A DNA stretch of 52,253 nucleotides from Alphaproteobacteria bacterium. GTDB lineage: Bacteria > Pseudomonadota > Alphaproteobacteria > SMXQ01. Below the pieces are notes generated by a model, which saw nothing but the letters and a program-made list of their open reading frames with translations, had not been told where the DNA came from and did no database searches. Where the stretch lies: NCBI GenBank assembly GCA_964229575.1, contig CAXRES010000173.1, forward strand, positions 1 through 52,253, written 5' to 3'. The position numbers and the translations under genes are program-made. This document shows positions 23,504 through 32,228 of this stretch, piece after piece (the stretch's first letter is position 1; each line of letters opens with the position of its first letter).

Positions 23504-23812
23504 CTAGGATGCCATGCGTTCAAGATACTGTTCCGCGAAACAGGACAGCGACAGCACCCGCGGGCCTTCCTCGAACACGTGATGATCGGCGCGGCCGATG
23601 CTCACGCGGTAACGCACATGAGGAATGCCGAGGGAGTCGTCGCGGATCGCCAGCACCGTTGCCGTCTCGACAGTATTGTCGCGGCGGACGCGGCGGTAGA
23701 CGCTACCTGCGCGGATCGCATCGAACTCCGGTTCCCGTCTGAAAATCTTGGTCCACATGACACGAACGTCCCCAAAAAAACCTTCCTGGACGATCGGAAA
23801 ATACGGCTCCAC
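23504..23812 (-). CDS. Hypothetical small protein (84-102 aa), no family recognised
   Basis: ORF with GC-rich third codon positions, set between AT-rich flanks. The track start at 23812 is a GTG without an SD. The ATG at 23758 (MWTKIFRREPEF...) is preceded by GGGGA and may be the real start. A terminator lies downstream. Confidence 0.55.
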   Translation of the reverse strand: MEPYFPIVQEGFFGDVRVMWTKIFRREPEFDAIRAGSVYRRVRRDNTVETATVLAIRDDSLGIPHVRYRVSIGRADHHVFEEGPRVLSLSCFAEQYLERMAS

Positions 23813-23922
23813 TTTTTAAAAAGAAGTTAAGAAAACCGGGAAAAACAAATAATTTTCAATAAGTTCTATCTGTTTTCTCAGATCGTTCAAAAGATATAGA
23901 GAGCATCCGCAAATGGCCGTTT

Positions 23923-25728
23923 TCAGCCCCTTGCCTCTTCGGCCAGCCCCCGCAACACGCGCGGAATTTCCCCCGGCAGGTCGTCGGCGGTAAGGCCCGG
24001 GCCGAAGTTTCGCGCGGCCTCGCCATGAACCCACGCCGCCATCGCCGCCGCCGGAAAGGGGCTCGCGCCCTGGGCGAGAAAGCCGGTGATCATGCCCGCG
24101 AGAACATCGCCCGCCCCCCCGGTAGCGAGCCACGGCGGCGCGTTGGCGTTGATCGCCGCCCGTCCGTCCGGGGCGGCGATGACCGTATCGGCGCCCTTGA
24201 GCAGGATCACGGCGCCGGCCCGACGCGCCGCGGCCCGGGCACGCGCCAGCCGGTCGCCCGAGGCAAGATCGGGGAAGAGGCGGCGGAATTCGCCGTCATG
24301 CGGCGTCAGCACCACGCCCGGCCCGTTCCGTCCGGACGCCTCGGCGATCGTCTCGAACAGGTTGTTCGGCCAGTCGGCGAAGGAGGTCAGGGCGTCGGCG
24401 TCGAGACAGACCGCCTTGCCCATGGCGATGGCAAGCCGCGCGTGTTCGCGGGTCGTCCGGCCGAGGCCGTAGCCGGGGCCGACAAGAACGGCCCGGCGGC
24501 GGGCATCGGCAAGATAGCGGCCGACGTCGTCATTGCGCATGACGGGGAAAGTGAGCTGGCCGGCGCGATCGGCGGCGTAGATGGGCAGGGCTTCCGGCGC
24601 CGCGCCGACGCTGACGAGGCCTGCGCCGACCCGCGCGCAGGCACGCGCCGCGAGCCGCGCCGCGCCGGTCATTTGCGCCCCGCCGAGGATGACGGCATGG
24701 CCACGGCTGTATTTATGCGCGTCGAAACCGGGAACGGGAAAAGCGGCTCGCCAGAGGGCCGGCCGGTTCTCGAAGGTGGCGGGGGCGATCCCGTCGAGGA
24801 CTTCGGCGCCGATGCCGATGTCGATCACCTGCGTCTCGCCACAGAGCGCGCGCCCGGGATAAAGCAGATGCCCCGGCTTCTTGCGGAAGAACGTGACGGT
24901 CAGATCGGCGCGCACCGCCACGCCGCCCGATTCGCTTTCCTTGACCAGGCCGGTGTCGGCATCGAGGCCGCTCGGCACGTCCACGGCGACGACCGGCAAG
25001 CCCTTTCGCGCCAGCGCCCGAACGATCTCCGCCGCGGCGCCGTCGAGCGGCCGGGCGAGCCCCGCGCCGAACAGCGCGTCCACCGCCAGCCCCGCGCCGT
25101 CAAGAACGGACGGAGAAAGCGACTCGACCGATTTCCTGCCCTTGAGCGATATCCATCGGCGCGCGTTGACTGCCGCGTCGCCGGAAAATTCCTCCGGCGC
25201 CGGAAGCGAGGCGAGCCGTACTTTCCAACCGGCGCGCGCGAGGTGCCGGGCGATGACGAAACCATCGCCGCCATTGTTGCCCGGCCCGCACAGCACGACC
25301 ACAGGCTGCGCGGCGTAACGCTCCATGATAAGACGCGCCGCGCCCGCGCCCGCCGCCTCCATCAGCCTTTCGCCCCGCATCCCGGACGCGATGGTGCGCC
25401 GGTCGGCCTCGCTCATCTCGGCGCAGGTCAACACCTCGACCGGCCCTTCGGATGATCCGCTGCCCGCGCTCCGAGGCGGCCGCGGCGATGCTTCGAAAAA
25501 ATCCCCTGGCCCCAGGGCGATCCCCTGCCTGCGGGCCGCCGTCAGAACATCGCCCTGGCGCGACGCGGGGATGACATTGCGCGAAAGCCATCCCTGGACG
25601 GTGGTCGGCGCGACGTTTCGCCCGCGCACCCCGCTCAGCGCCCGCGCCAGCGGCCGTACGCCGCCGAAAAGCCGGAAAATTCTTTCTACATGAGACTCCA
25701 CATTTTTTTGTACGCAAAATGCGTACAA
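23923..25728 (-). CDS. nnr: Bifunctional NAD(P)H-hydrate repair enzyme Nnr (epimerase + ADP-dependent dehydratase) with N-terminal HTH-like extension
   Basis: YjeF-N part (VVVLCGPGNNGGDGFVIARHL) and YjeF-C kinase-fold part (...KYSRGHAVILGG..., ...ATGGAGDVLAGMI...). The first 90 or so codons are extra. The start is ambiguous: TTG at 25728 in the track, or GTG at 25701. No SD before either. Confidence 0.85.
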   Translation of the reverse strand: MYAFCVQKNVESHVERIFRLFGGVRPLARALSGVRGRNVAPTTVQGWLSRNVIPASRQGDVLTAARRQGIALGPGDFFEASPRPPRSAGSGSSEGPVEVLTCAEMSEADRRTIASGMRGERLMEAAGAGAARLIMERYAAQPVVVLCGPGNNGGDGFVIARHLARAGWKVRLASLPAPEEFSGDAAVNARRWISLKGRKSVESLSPSVLDGAGLAVDALFGAGLARPLDGAAAEIVRALARKGLPVVAVDVPSGLDADTGLVKESESGGVAVRADLTVTFFRKKPGHLLYPGRALCGETQVIDIGIGAEVLDGIAPATFENRPALWRAAFPVPGFDAHKYSRGHAVILGGAQMTGAARLAARACARVGAGLVSVGAAPEALPIYAADRAGQLTFPVMRNDDVGRYLADARRRAVLVGPGYGLGRTTREHARLAIAMGKAVCLDADALTSFADWPNNLFETIAEASGRNGPGVVLTPHDGEFRRLFPDLASGDRLARARAAARRAGAVILLKGADTVIAAPDGRAAINANAPPWLATGGAGDVLAGMITGFLAQGASPFPAAAMAAWVHGEAARNFGPGLTADDLPGEIPRVLRGLAEEARG

Positions 25729-25729
25729 A
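25707..25729. promoter_or_regulatory. Perfect palindrome TTTGTACGCA-AAA-TGCGTACAAA at the 5' end of nnr
   Basis: 10-bp arms and a 3-nt spacer, read directly. It lies in the AT-rich divergent region between nnr and the sulfite-oxidase-like gene. Candidate operator; function untested. Confidence 0.4.
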
Positions 25730-25944
25730 TGTCAAAGGCTCGCCCGCGTTATACACTGCACTAATTTGTAGAAATAAAATTTTGACGCAATACGATGTTA
25801 TATGCATTTTTTTACATTTCTAAATTGTTCATCAACTGACTATTTCAAAAGAGAAAAACGTTCTTGCGCCCGGTCGTCCTTGCACGATAATTCCCGAAGT
25901 CATCAAAAAAACGCTTCACGGCAACTTCACGGGGACAAAAGGCA

Positions 25945-27258
25945 ATGACCAAAAAACCGACCAGGGCAGAGCGTGGGCTTTACGAACTTTACGACAACGA
26001 TCCCGAACGTGCCGACCGCATCGTCTTCGGCCGTGTCGCCGAAAGCGACCGGCGGGGCTTTCTGCGTGGCGCCGGTCTCGCCGCCATGGGCGCGGTGGTG
26101 GGCGGCAGCATCCCCTTCTCGCGCAACATGCCCTCGGGCCTGATTCCCGAGGCGGTCGCGCAACAGACCACGCCTTTCGTCATCGAAGGCAAGGAAGGCG
26201 TCAAGGTTCACTCCGACCGTCCGATCAATGCCGAGACGCCGGCGCATCTGCTCGACCCCGATCTCACGCCTGCCAAGCATTTCTATGTGCGCAACAACGG
26301 CCTTCTTCCGGAGAAGCCGGCGAACCCCGATTCGTGGGAAATCACCATCGACGGCGAAGTCAATTCGCCGCTCAAGATCACGCTCGGCGATCTCAAGCGC
26401 CAGTTCGAGAACGTGACCATCCAGGGCCAGCTCGAATGCGGCGGCAACGGCCGCGCCGGCTTCAACCCGCCGGCGAGCGGCACGCCGTGGACGGTGGGCG
26501 CCGTCGGCAATGCCCAATGGAAGGGCGTTCGCCTGGGCGACGTGCTCAAGAAAGCCGGCCTCAAGCCGAGCGCCGTCTACACCGGACATGAAGGCGCCGA
26601 CCCGCACCTGTCGCGCGATCCGAAGCGGCTTTCGATCAGCCGCGGCATTCCCGTCGCCAAGGCGATCGATCCGCACACGCTGATCGTCTGGGAAATGAAC
26701 GGCGAGGCGCTGCCGCTGATTCACGGCGGCCCGGTGCGGCTGCTCGCGCCCGGCTGGACCGGGTCGTGCTCGCACAAGTGGCTGACCCGCGTGCGCGTGC
26801 GCGACAAGATTCACGACGGTTCTGGCATGACGTCCTATCGCGTGCCGGCGTTCCCGGTCGCGCCGGGCACGAAGGTCGCGCTTCCCGACACCAGGATCAT
26901 CGAATCGATGCCGGTCAAATCCGTCATCAGTTTCCCCGAATCGGGCGCCAAGGTTTCGGCCGCGAACGCCTTCGAGGTACGCGGCCATGCCTGGGCGGGC
27001 GATCTCTCGGTCAAGGAGGTCTACGTCTCGATCGACTTCGGCGCCACCTGGCAGAAGGCCGACCTCAAGGACGCCCCCAACCGTCATGCCTGGCAGCGCT
27101 GGAGCGCGCAGATCAGGCTGCCGCAGAAGGGCTACTACGAGGTCTGGGCGCGCGCCGTGGACGAAAAGGGCGTTTCCCAGCCCGTTGTCGTCCCGTCATG
27201 GAACCAGCAGGGCTATCTCAACAACTCCTGCCATCGCATTTCGGTACTCGCAGCATGA
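25945..27258 (+). CDS. Periplasmic molybdopterin sulfite dehydrogenase/oxidase-family enzyme (SorA/SorT-like)
   Basis: Tat signal SDRRGFLRGAGLAAMGAVVGG. Mo-ligand Cys context QLECGGNGRAGF. C-terminal Ig-like dimerisation domain (...KEVYVSIDFGATWQKADL...YYEVWARAVDEKG...). Confidence 0.85.
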   Translation: MTKKPTRAERGLYELYDNDPERADRIVFGRVAESDRRGFLRGAGLAAMGAVVGGSIPFSRNMPSGLIPEAVAQQTTPFVIEGKEGVKVHSDRPINAETPAHLLDPDLTPAKHFYVRNNGLLPEKPANPDSWEITIDGEVNSPLKITLGDLKRQFENVTIQGQLECGGNGRAGFNPPASGTPWTVGAVGNAQWKGVRLGDVLKKAGLKPSAVYTGHEGADPHLSRDPKRLSISRGIPVAKAIDPHTLIVWEMNGEALPLIHGGPVRLLAPGWTGSCSHKWLTRVRVRDKIHDGSGMTSYRVPAFPVAPGTKVALPDTRIIESMPVKSVISFPESGAKVSAANAFEVRGHAWAGDLSVKEVYVSIDFGATWQKADLKDAPNRHAWQRWSAQIRLPQKGYYEVWARAVDEKGVSQPVVVPSWNQQGYLNNSCHRISVLAA

Positions 27259-27602
27259 ACTTTCACGTCCTTGGCGGCCGGCTCCTGCCGGCCGCCCTCT
27301 TTTTTGTTTTCGCGCTTTCGCTCGCAACGGGCGTCGCACCGGGGACCGCGCGCGCGCAGGATGCGGCGGCGCCCGACATCAATGAACTTCCCGCCGGACC
27401 CGGCCGCGAGGAAGTCTTCTACAACTGCTATGCCTGCCATTCCTTCATGATCATCAAGCGTCAGCGCCTTTCCGCGCCGCGCTGGGACGAACTGATGGAC
27501 TGGATGGCCGAACGGCACGGCATGCCGCCGCTCTCGCCCGAAGACCGCAAGGCCGTCGTCACCTACCTGTCGACTCATTTCGGCGAAAAGACCCCGCGCT
27601 GA
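27255..27602 (+). CDS. Mono-haem c-type cytochrome, probable electron acceptor of the upstream Mo-enzyme (SorB/SorU-like)
   Basis: The ATG at 27255 overlaps the upstream stop (ATGA). Signal peptide MNFHVLGGRLLPAALFFVFALSLATGVAPGTARA. Single CYACH haem motif. 115 aa. Confidence 0.8.
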   Translation: MNFHVLGGRLLPAALFFVFALSLATGVAPGTARAQDAAAPDINELPAGPGREEVFYNCYACHSFMIIKRQRLSAPRWDELMDWMAERHGMPPLSPEDRKAVVTYLSTHFGEKTPR

Positions 27603-27703
27603 GCGGAACCGGGCGCGATCGCCAGCGTCGCGCGGCGGGGCTTGAGCGCGCGCGGGCCAGGGGCTAATTTCATCTCCCCCGCTTCCGATCGAGGATTCCG
27701 TCC

Positions 27704-28954
27704 GTGAAAGTCATCGTGCTCGGTGCCGGCATCATCGGCGTCAGCACCGCCTATTTCCTTGCCCGCGACGGCCACCGGGTCACCGTCATCGACCGCCAGG
27801 CTGCGCCCGGGCAGGAAACCAGCTTCGCCAACGGCGGCCAGATATCGGCCTCCCATGCCGAGCCGTGGGCGAACCCGGCGACGCCGTGGAAGTTGCTCGC
27901 GTGGCTCGGCCGCAAGGACGCGCCGCTGTGGTTCCGCCTGCACTGGGACCCGGCGATGTGGGGATTCTTCCTGCGCTTCCTCGCCAATTGCCGCGGCGCG
28001 GCGAGCCGCGCCAACGGCGAAAAGGCGCTGCGCCTTGCGCTCTACAGCCGCGACGTGCTGGCCGCCCTGCGCCAGTCCACTGCCATCGCCTTCGACGCCG
28101 AGGACCGGGGCATCCTGCACGTCTACCGGTCCGGGCGCGCGCTGGAACGCGCCGTCGCGGTGGCCGAACGCTTCCGCGCGCTTGGCCTTGAAACCGAGGC
28201 GCTCAATGCCGATGCCTGCGCCAGGGTCGAGCCGGCGCTCGCCTCGGTCCGCGATACGCTCGCCGGCGGAATTTACAGTCCGGCCGATCTTTCGGGCGAC
28301 GCCCACGCCTTCACCCGGGCGCTCGCCGTCAAGGCGGCCGAAGCCGGCGTCGAATTCCGCATGGACACCAAGATCCTGCGTCTTGCCTTCATGGGCGACC
28401 GCATCACCGGGGTGATGACGCACCGCGGCATGGTCACGGCCGACCGCTATGTCTGCGCGCTCGGCAGCCATTCCACGCCGATGCTCGCCGCCGCCGGCAT
28501 CGATATTCCCGTCTACCCGGCCAAGGGCTATTCCGCGACGGTGCCGCTTTCGGCTCCCGACCGCGGGCCCAGGGTGTCGATCACCGACGACGACGCCAAG
28601 ATCGTCGTCAGCCGGCTCGGCGACCGGCTGCGCATCGCCGGCACCGCCGAATTCAACGGCTATGACGAAACCATCGACGAAGGCCGCGCGCGCGCCGTGC
28701 TGGCGGCGGGCGAAAGGCTGTTCCCCGGCTGCATGGACGGGGCCGCGGCCGAGTTCTGGGCCGGTCTCCGGCCGCTTTCGCCCGATGGCGTGCCGGTGAT
28801 CGGCGTGACGCGCTATCGCAACCTGTTTCTCAACACCGGTCACGGCACGCTGGGCTGGACGATGGGGCCCGGATCGGGCCGGGCCGTGGCCGATCTCGTC
28901 TCCGGCAGGACGCCGGAGGTCGATTTGTCCGGCTTCGGCCCCGACCGTTTCTGA
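27704..28954 (+). CDS. dadA: D-amino acid dehydrogenase (FAD)
   Basis: GTG start. MKVIVLGAGIIGVSTAYFLARDGHRVTVIDRQ (GxGxxG). Collinear with my memory of E. coli DadA through ...IPVYPAKGYS... and ...NTGHGTLGWTMGPGSG.... Confidence 0.9.
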   Translation: MKVIVLGAGIIGVSTAYFLARDGHRVTVIDRQAAPGQETSFANGGQISASHAEPWANPATPWKLLAWLGRKDAPLWFRLHWDPAMWGFFLRFLANCRGAASRANGEKALRLALYSRDVLAALRQSTAIAFDAEDRGILHVYRSGRALERAVAVAERFRALGLETEALNADACARVEPALASVRDTLAGGIYSPADLSGDAHAFTRALAVKAAEAGVEFRMDTKILRLAFMGDRITGVMTHRGMVTADRYVCALGSHSTPMLAAAGIDIPVYPAKGYSATVPLSAPDRGPRVSITDDDAKIVVSRLGDRLRIAGTAEFNGYDETIDEGRARAVLAAGERLFPGCMDGAAAEFWAGLRPLSPDGVPVIGVTRYRNLFLNTGHGTLGWTMGPGSGRAVADLVSGRTPEVDLSGFGPDRF

Positions 28955-28972
28955 ACTCCGCGCCTGCGGAAC

Positions 28973-29857
28973 CTATATGTCGCGCGACAGGATCTTCGGA
29001 TCCTGCGCCAGGTACGCCGCGACGATCTCGTCGGCGGTGGCGAGCCAGACGCCTTCGTGGCCCGCAATGTAGCGTAACGCGTCGTCCAGCCCCCCGATCC
29101 GGTGGGGCACGCCGACGACAAACGGGTGCAGAGCGATGGGCATGACGCGGCCGCCCTCGCGCCACAGCACGTCGAAGGTGCGTTTCAGCATCGTCGCATA
29201 GCTGTCCGCCGTCGCCGCACGGCGCTGGAAACTGCCCTTGTCGTGGGTTTCCTGGCCGAAGGGCAGTGCCACCATGCGCTGCCCGTTCGCACGCACGACG
29301 TCGAGCAGGAACGGCTGGTCGTCGTTCAGCCAGTCGGCCGTATAGGCGATGCCTTCGGCCGCGAGATGCTCCAGCGTTTCCGCCGTTTCCGCCATCGAGG
29401 CGCCGAGCCATCCGGTCGGCCGCACGCCCCAGCATGTCTCGATGGTGTCCAGCGTGGCGCGGATCACCGCGCGTTCGCTCCCCGCCGGGATTTCGTTGAG
29501 CGGGCGCGAATTGGACTGGCAATGGCCGATCACGCCCCAGCCCAGTTCCTTCGCCCTCTCGACGATGCGCGGATGGTGGTCGCAGATTTCCGAATTGAGC
29601 GCCGCCGTGCCGCGCACGCCGTGGCGGTCCATCGCCTCCATCACCCGGAACACGCCGACGCGGTTGCCGTAGTCGGTGCGCGACCAGCCGGGCACGTCGG
29701 GGACATGGCCGTGGGTCTGCGGCACCTTTTCGTTGTAGGGGAAGAATTCGAGGTTGACGTTGACCCATACCGCGACGCGCGCGCCGTTCGGCCAGACGAG
29801 CGGCGCCCGGTCGATGATCGCCGAATAGGGAAACGGCCCGTAGGCGCCCGGTTTCAT
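28973..29857 (-). CDS. Polysaccharide-deacetylase-fold protein (PuuE-like)
   Basis: MKPGAYGPFPYSAIIDRAPLVWPNGARVAVWVNVNLEFF...YGNRVGVFRVMEAMDRHGVRGT... resembles PuuE-type deacetylase-fold enzymes. The ATG at 29857 has GGGAGG 9 nt upstream. The alternative ATG at 29866 directly abuts the SD. Confidence 0.7.
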   Translation of the reverse strand: MKPGAYGPFPYSAIIDRAPLVWPNGARVAVWVNVNLEFFPYNEKVPQTHGHVPDVPGWSRTDYGNRVGVFRVMEAMDRHGVRGTAALNSEICDHHPRIVERAKELGWGVIGHCQSNSRPLNEIPAGSERAVIRATLDTIETCWGVRPTGWLGASMAETAETLEHLAAEGIAYTADWLNDDQPFLLDVVRANGQRMVALPFGQETHDKGSFQRRAATADSYATMLKRTFDVLWREGGRVMPIALHPFVVGVPHRIGGLDDALRYIAGHEGVWLATADEIVAAYLAQDPKILSRDI

Positions 29858-29940
29858 TGCTCGCATCCTCCCGTGATCGGCCTTTTACGGCACCCGTGTT
29901 CTGCAACAATGGTACGGCCTCCCTCGCCCCGCTACAATGC

Positions 29941-29974
29941 CGAGGCAGACAGGGGGGCCGAGGCAGACAGGGGG
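29941..29974 (+). repeat. Tandem direct repeat CGAGGCAGACAGGGGG (18-bp period, 2 copies plus a partial third) in the divergent promoter / 5' leader
   Basis: Read directly: CGAGGCAGACAGGGGGG CC GAGGCAGACAGGGGG CAGGACAGGG ATG. Confidence 0.6.
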
Positions 29975-29984
29975 CAGGACAGGG

Positions 29985-30761
29985 ATGGACATTCGGGGCA
30001 AGGCCGCGATCGTCACGGGATCGGCAAGCGGCATCGGCGCGGCGACGGCGAAGATGCTGGCCGCCGCGGGCTGCCGCGTCGCCGTCAACTACGCCAAAAG
30101 CCGCGACGGGGCGGAAGCCGCCGCCGCCGCCTGCCGCGCGGCCGGCGCCGAGGCGATTGCCGTGCAGGCCGACGTGTCGAAGGACGCCGACTGCCGCCGG
30201 CTGGTCGGCGAAGCGATGAAAGCCTTCGGCCGGCTCGACGTGCTGGTCAATTCCGCGGGCACCACCAAGTTCGTCGCGGCCGGCAACCTCGACGGCCTCT
30301 CGGCGGAAGACTTCCAGCGCATCTACGCGGTCAATTCCATCGGCCCCTTCCAGATGGCGCGCGCCGCGGCCCCGCACATGAAGGCGGCGGGACTTGGGGC
30401 CATCGTCAACGTGTCGTCGACCGCGGGGATATTCGGCTCCGGCTCGTCCATCGCCTATGCCATGTCGAAAGCGGCGCTCAACACGCTGACCATCGCGCTC
30501 GCCCGTGCGCTCGCGCCCGAGGTGCGGGTCAACGCCGTCTGCCCGGGCTTCGTGCAGGGCCGCTGGCACCTGCAGAACCTCGACGCGGCCGAGTACGAGG
30601 CGCATGTGCGCGAATGGCAGGAGCGCTCGCCGCTGCGCAAGGCGGCGACGCCCGAGGAGGTCGCCGGCGTGGTCACGGGCCTGATCACCGGACCGGACCT
30701 GATGACCGGGCAGATCGTCGTCTGCGATGCCGGCGCCAATATGGGCGGGCGGCGGCGCTAA
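29985..30761 (+). CDS. Classical short-chain dehydrogenase/reductase (SDR)
   Basis: Internal ATG at 29985 (MDIRGKAAIVTGSASGIGAATAKML). TGxxxGIG motif, NSAG, catalytic YAMSK. Confidence 0.9.
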   Translation: MDIRGKAAIVTGSASGIGAATAKMLAAAGCRVAVNYAKSRDGAEAAAAACRAAGAEAIAVQADVSKDADCRRLVGEAMKAFGRLDVLVNSAGTTKFVAAGNLDGLSAEDFQRIYAVNSIGPFQMARAAAPHMKAAGLGAIVNVSSTAGIFGSGSSIAYAMSKAALNTLTIALARALAPEVRVNAVCPGFVQGRWHLQNLDAAEYEAHVREWQERSPLRKAATPEEVAGVVTGLITGPDLMTGQIVVCDAGANMGGRRR

Positions 30762-30874
30762 GGGCGCGAAAAGACGGGGAAAAGCGGCTTTTTATTCCCC
30801 TTCCCGCGGCCCGGGATTCTCGCCTAACATGACCGCTTGAAACGATAATCTGCCAGCCCGGCAGGGAGGTTCCA

Positions 30875-32158
30875 ATGATCCCCAGTTCCATGCGACGCGC
30901 CATCGGCTTGCCGTTTCTGCTTGCCGGCCTCGCCCTTGTCCAGCCCGCGCACGAGGCGCGCGCCGATGCCGTTTCCGATTTCTACAAGGGCAAGACGGTG
31001 CGCATCGTCGTCGCCTCGGCGCCGGGCGGCGGCTACGACACCTACGCCCGCTTCATGGCGCGGCACTTCGGCAGGGTCATCCCCGGCAATCCGTCGATGG
31101 TGACCCAGAACATGCCGGGCGCCGGCGGACTGGCGCAGGCCAACTTCATGTACAACCGCGCGGCCAAGGACGGCACCTTCATCGGCGCGGCCCAGCGCGG
31201 CGTATTCTTCGAGCCGATCTATGGCCAGTTCGCGAGCAAGGCGCAGTTCGATCCGTTCAAGTTCACCTGGCTCGGCAGCGTGGTGAACGAGGTTTCCGTG
31301 ATGATCCGGCGCAATGACGCCCCCATCAAGTCGTTCAAGGACGCCTTCACGACCGAATCCATCGTCGGCGCCACGCGCTCGGACATGGAAACCTTCGTCG
31401 TCGCCGCGCAGAACATGCTCGGCACCAGGTTCAAGATCGTTTCGGGCTATCCCGGATCGGCCGACGTCGTGCTGTCGCTGACGCGCGGCGAAGTGCAGAT
31501 TCTCGCCAATATCTCCTGGGCGCCCTTCCGCGCCCGCTACGGCGAGGAGCTGAAGAGCGGTACCTGGGTGCCGGTCGTGCAGTTTGCGCTCAACAAGCAC
31601 CCGGAACTGCCCAACGTGCCGCTGATCACCGATTTCGCACGCAACGACGAGGAACGCCAGGTTCTGGAAATGATCTACGCCCGCCAGACCGTCGGCCGGC
31701 CCTACATCGCGCCGCCGGACGTTCCGGCAGATCGCGCCAAGGCGTTGCAGGACGGCTTCCGGGCGCTGATGCAGGACAAGGGCTTCATCGCCGAAGCCGA
31801 CAAGGCCAAGCTCGAACTCAACCCGGTCTACGCCGAGGAAGTCATCGCGCTGTTCAAGCGCGTCACCGGCGCCTCCGACGCCATCAAGGCGCGCACCAAG
31901 GCTGCCGTCAGCGACGTCAGAACGGTCAAGCTCGCCGAACTCAAGACCTACGCGGTCAAGATCGCGAGCCTCGGCAAGAAGGGTGCGACGCAATTCGAGG
32001 ACGCCGCGGGCAAGAAGATCCGCGGCCGCGTCACGGACGAAACCAAGGTCACCGTGGCCGGCAAGGCGGCCGACGCCAAGGCGCTCAAGGTCGGGCAGTC
32101 GTGCAAGGCGGCGCTCGCCACGGAAGGCGGCTCGATCGTGACGCTCGCCTGCGACTGA
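30875..32158 (+). CDS. Bug/TctC-family periplasmic binding protein with extra C-terminal domain
   Basis: GGGAGG SD. Signal peptide ...LALVQPAHEARA. Motifs VASAPGGGYDTYARF, TQNMPGAGGLAQ, VSGYPGSADVVLSLTRGEVQ. Tail ends ...TKVTVAGKAADAKALKVGQSCKAALATEGGSIVTLACD. Confidence 0.85.
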   Translation: MIPSSMRRAIGLPFLLAGLALVQPAHEARADAVSDFYKGKTVRIVVASAPGGGYDTYARFMARHFGRVIPGNPSMVTQNMPGAGGLAQANFMYNRAAKDGTFIGAAQRGVFFEPIYGQFASKAQFDPFKFTWLGSVVNEVSVMIRRNDAPIKSFKDAFTTESIVGATRSDMETFVVAAQNMLGTRFKIVSGYPGSADVVLSLTRGEVQILANISWAPFRARYGEELKSGTWVPVVQFALNKHPELPNVPLITDFARNDEERQVLEMIYARQTVGRPYIAPPDVPADRAKALQDGFRALMQDKGFIAEADKAKLELNPVYAEEVIALFKRVTGASDAIKARTKAAVSDVRTVKLAELKTYAVKIASLGKKGATQFEDAAGKKIRGRVTDETKVTVAGKAADAKALKVGQSCKAALATEGGSIVTLACD

Positions 32159-32180
32159 ACGGCAAGTTTCGGAAACAGAA

Positions 32181-32209
32181 AGGGCGGCCCCCGGAGCCGC
32201 CCTTTTTTT
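32181..32209 (+). terminator. Rho-independent terminator (possibly bidirectional) between convergent genes
   Basis: Stem AGGGCGGC / GCCGCCCT with a 7-nt loop, followed by TTTTTTA. On the other strand it is followed by TTCTGTTTCC. Confidence 0.8.
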
Positions 32210-32228
32210 ACTCCTCCCGCCCCCGCGG

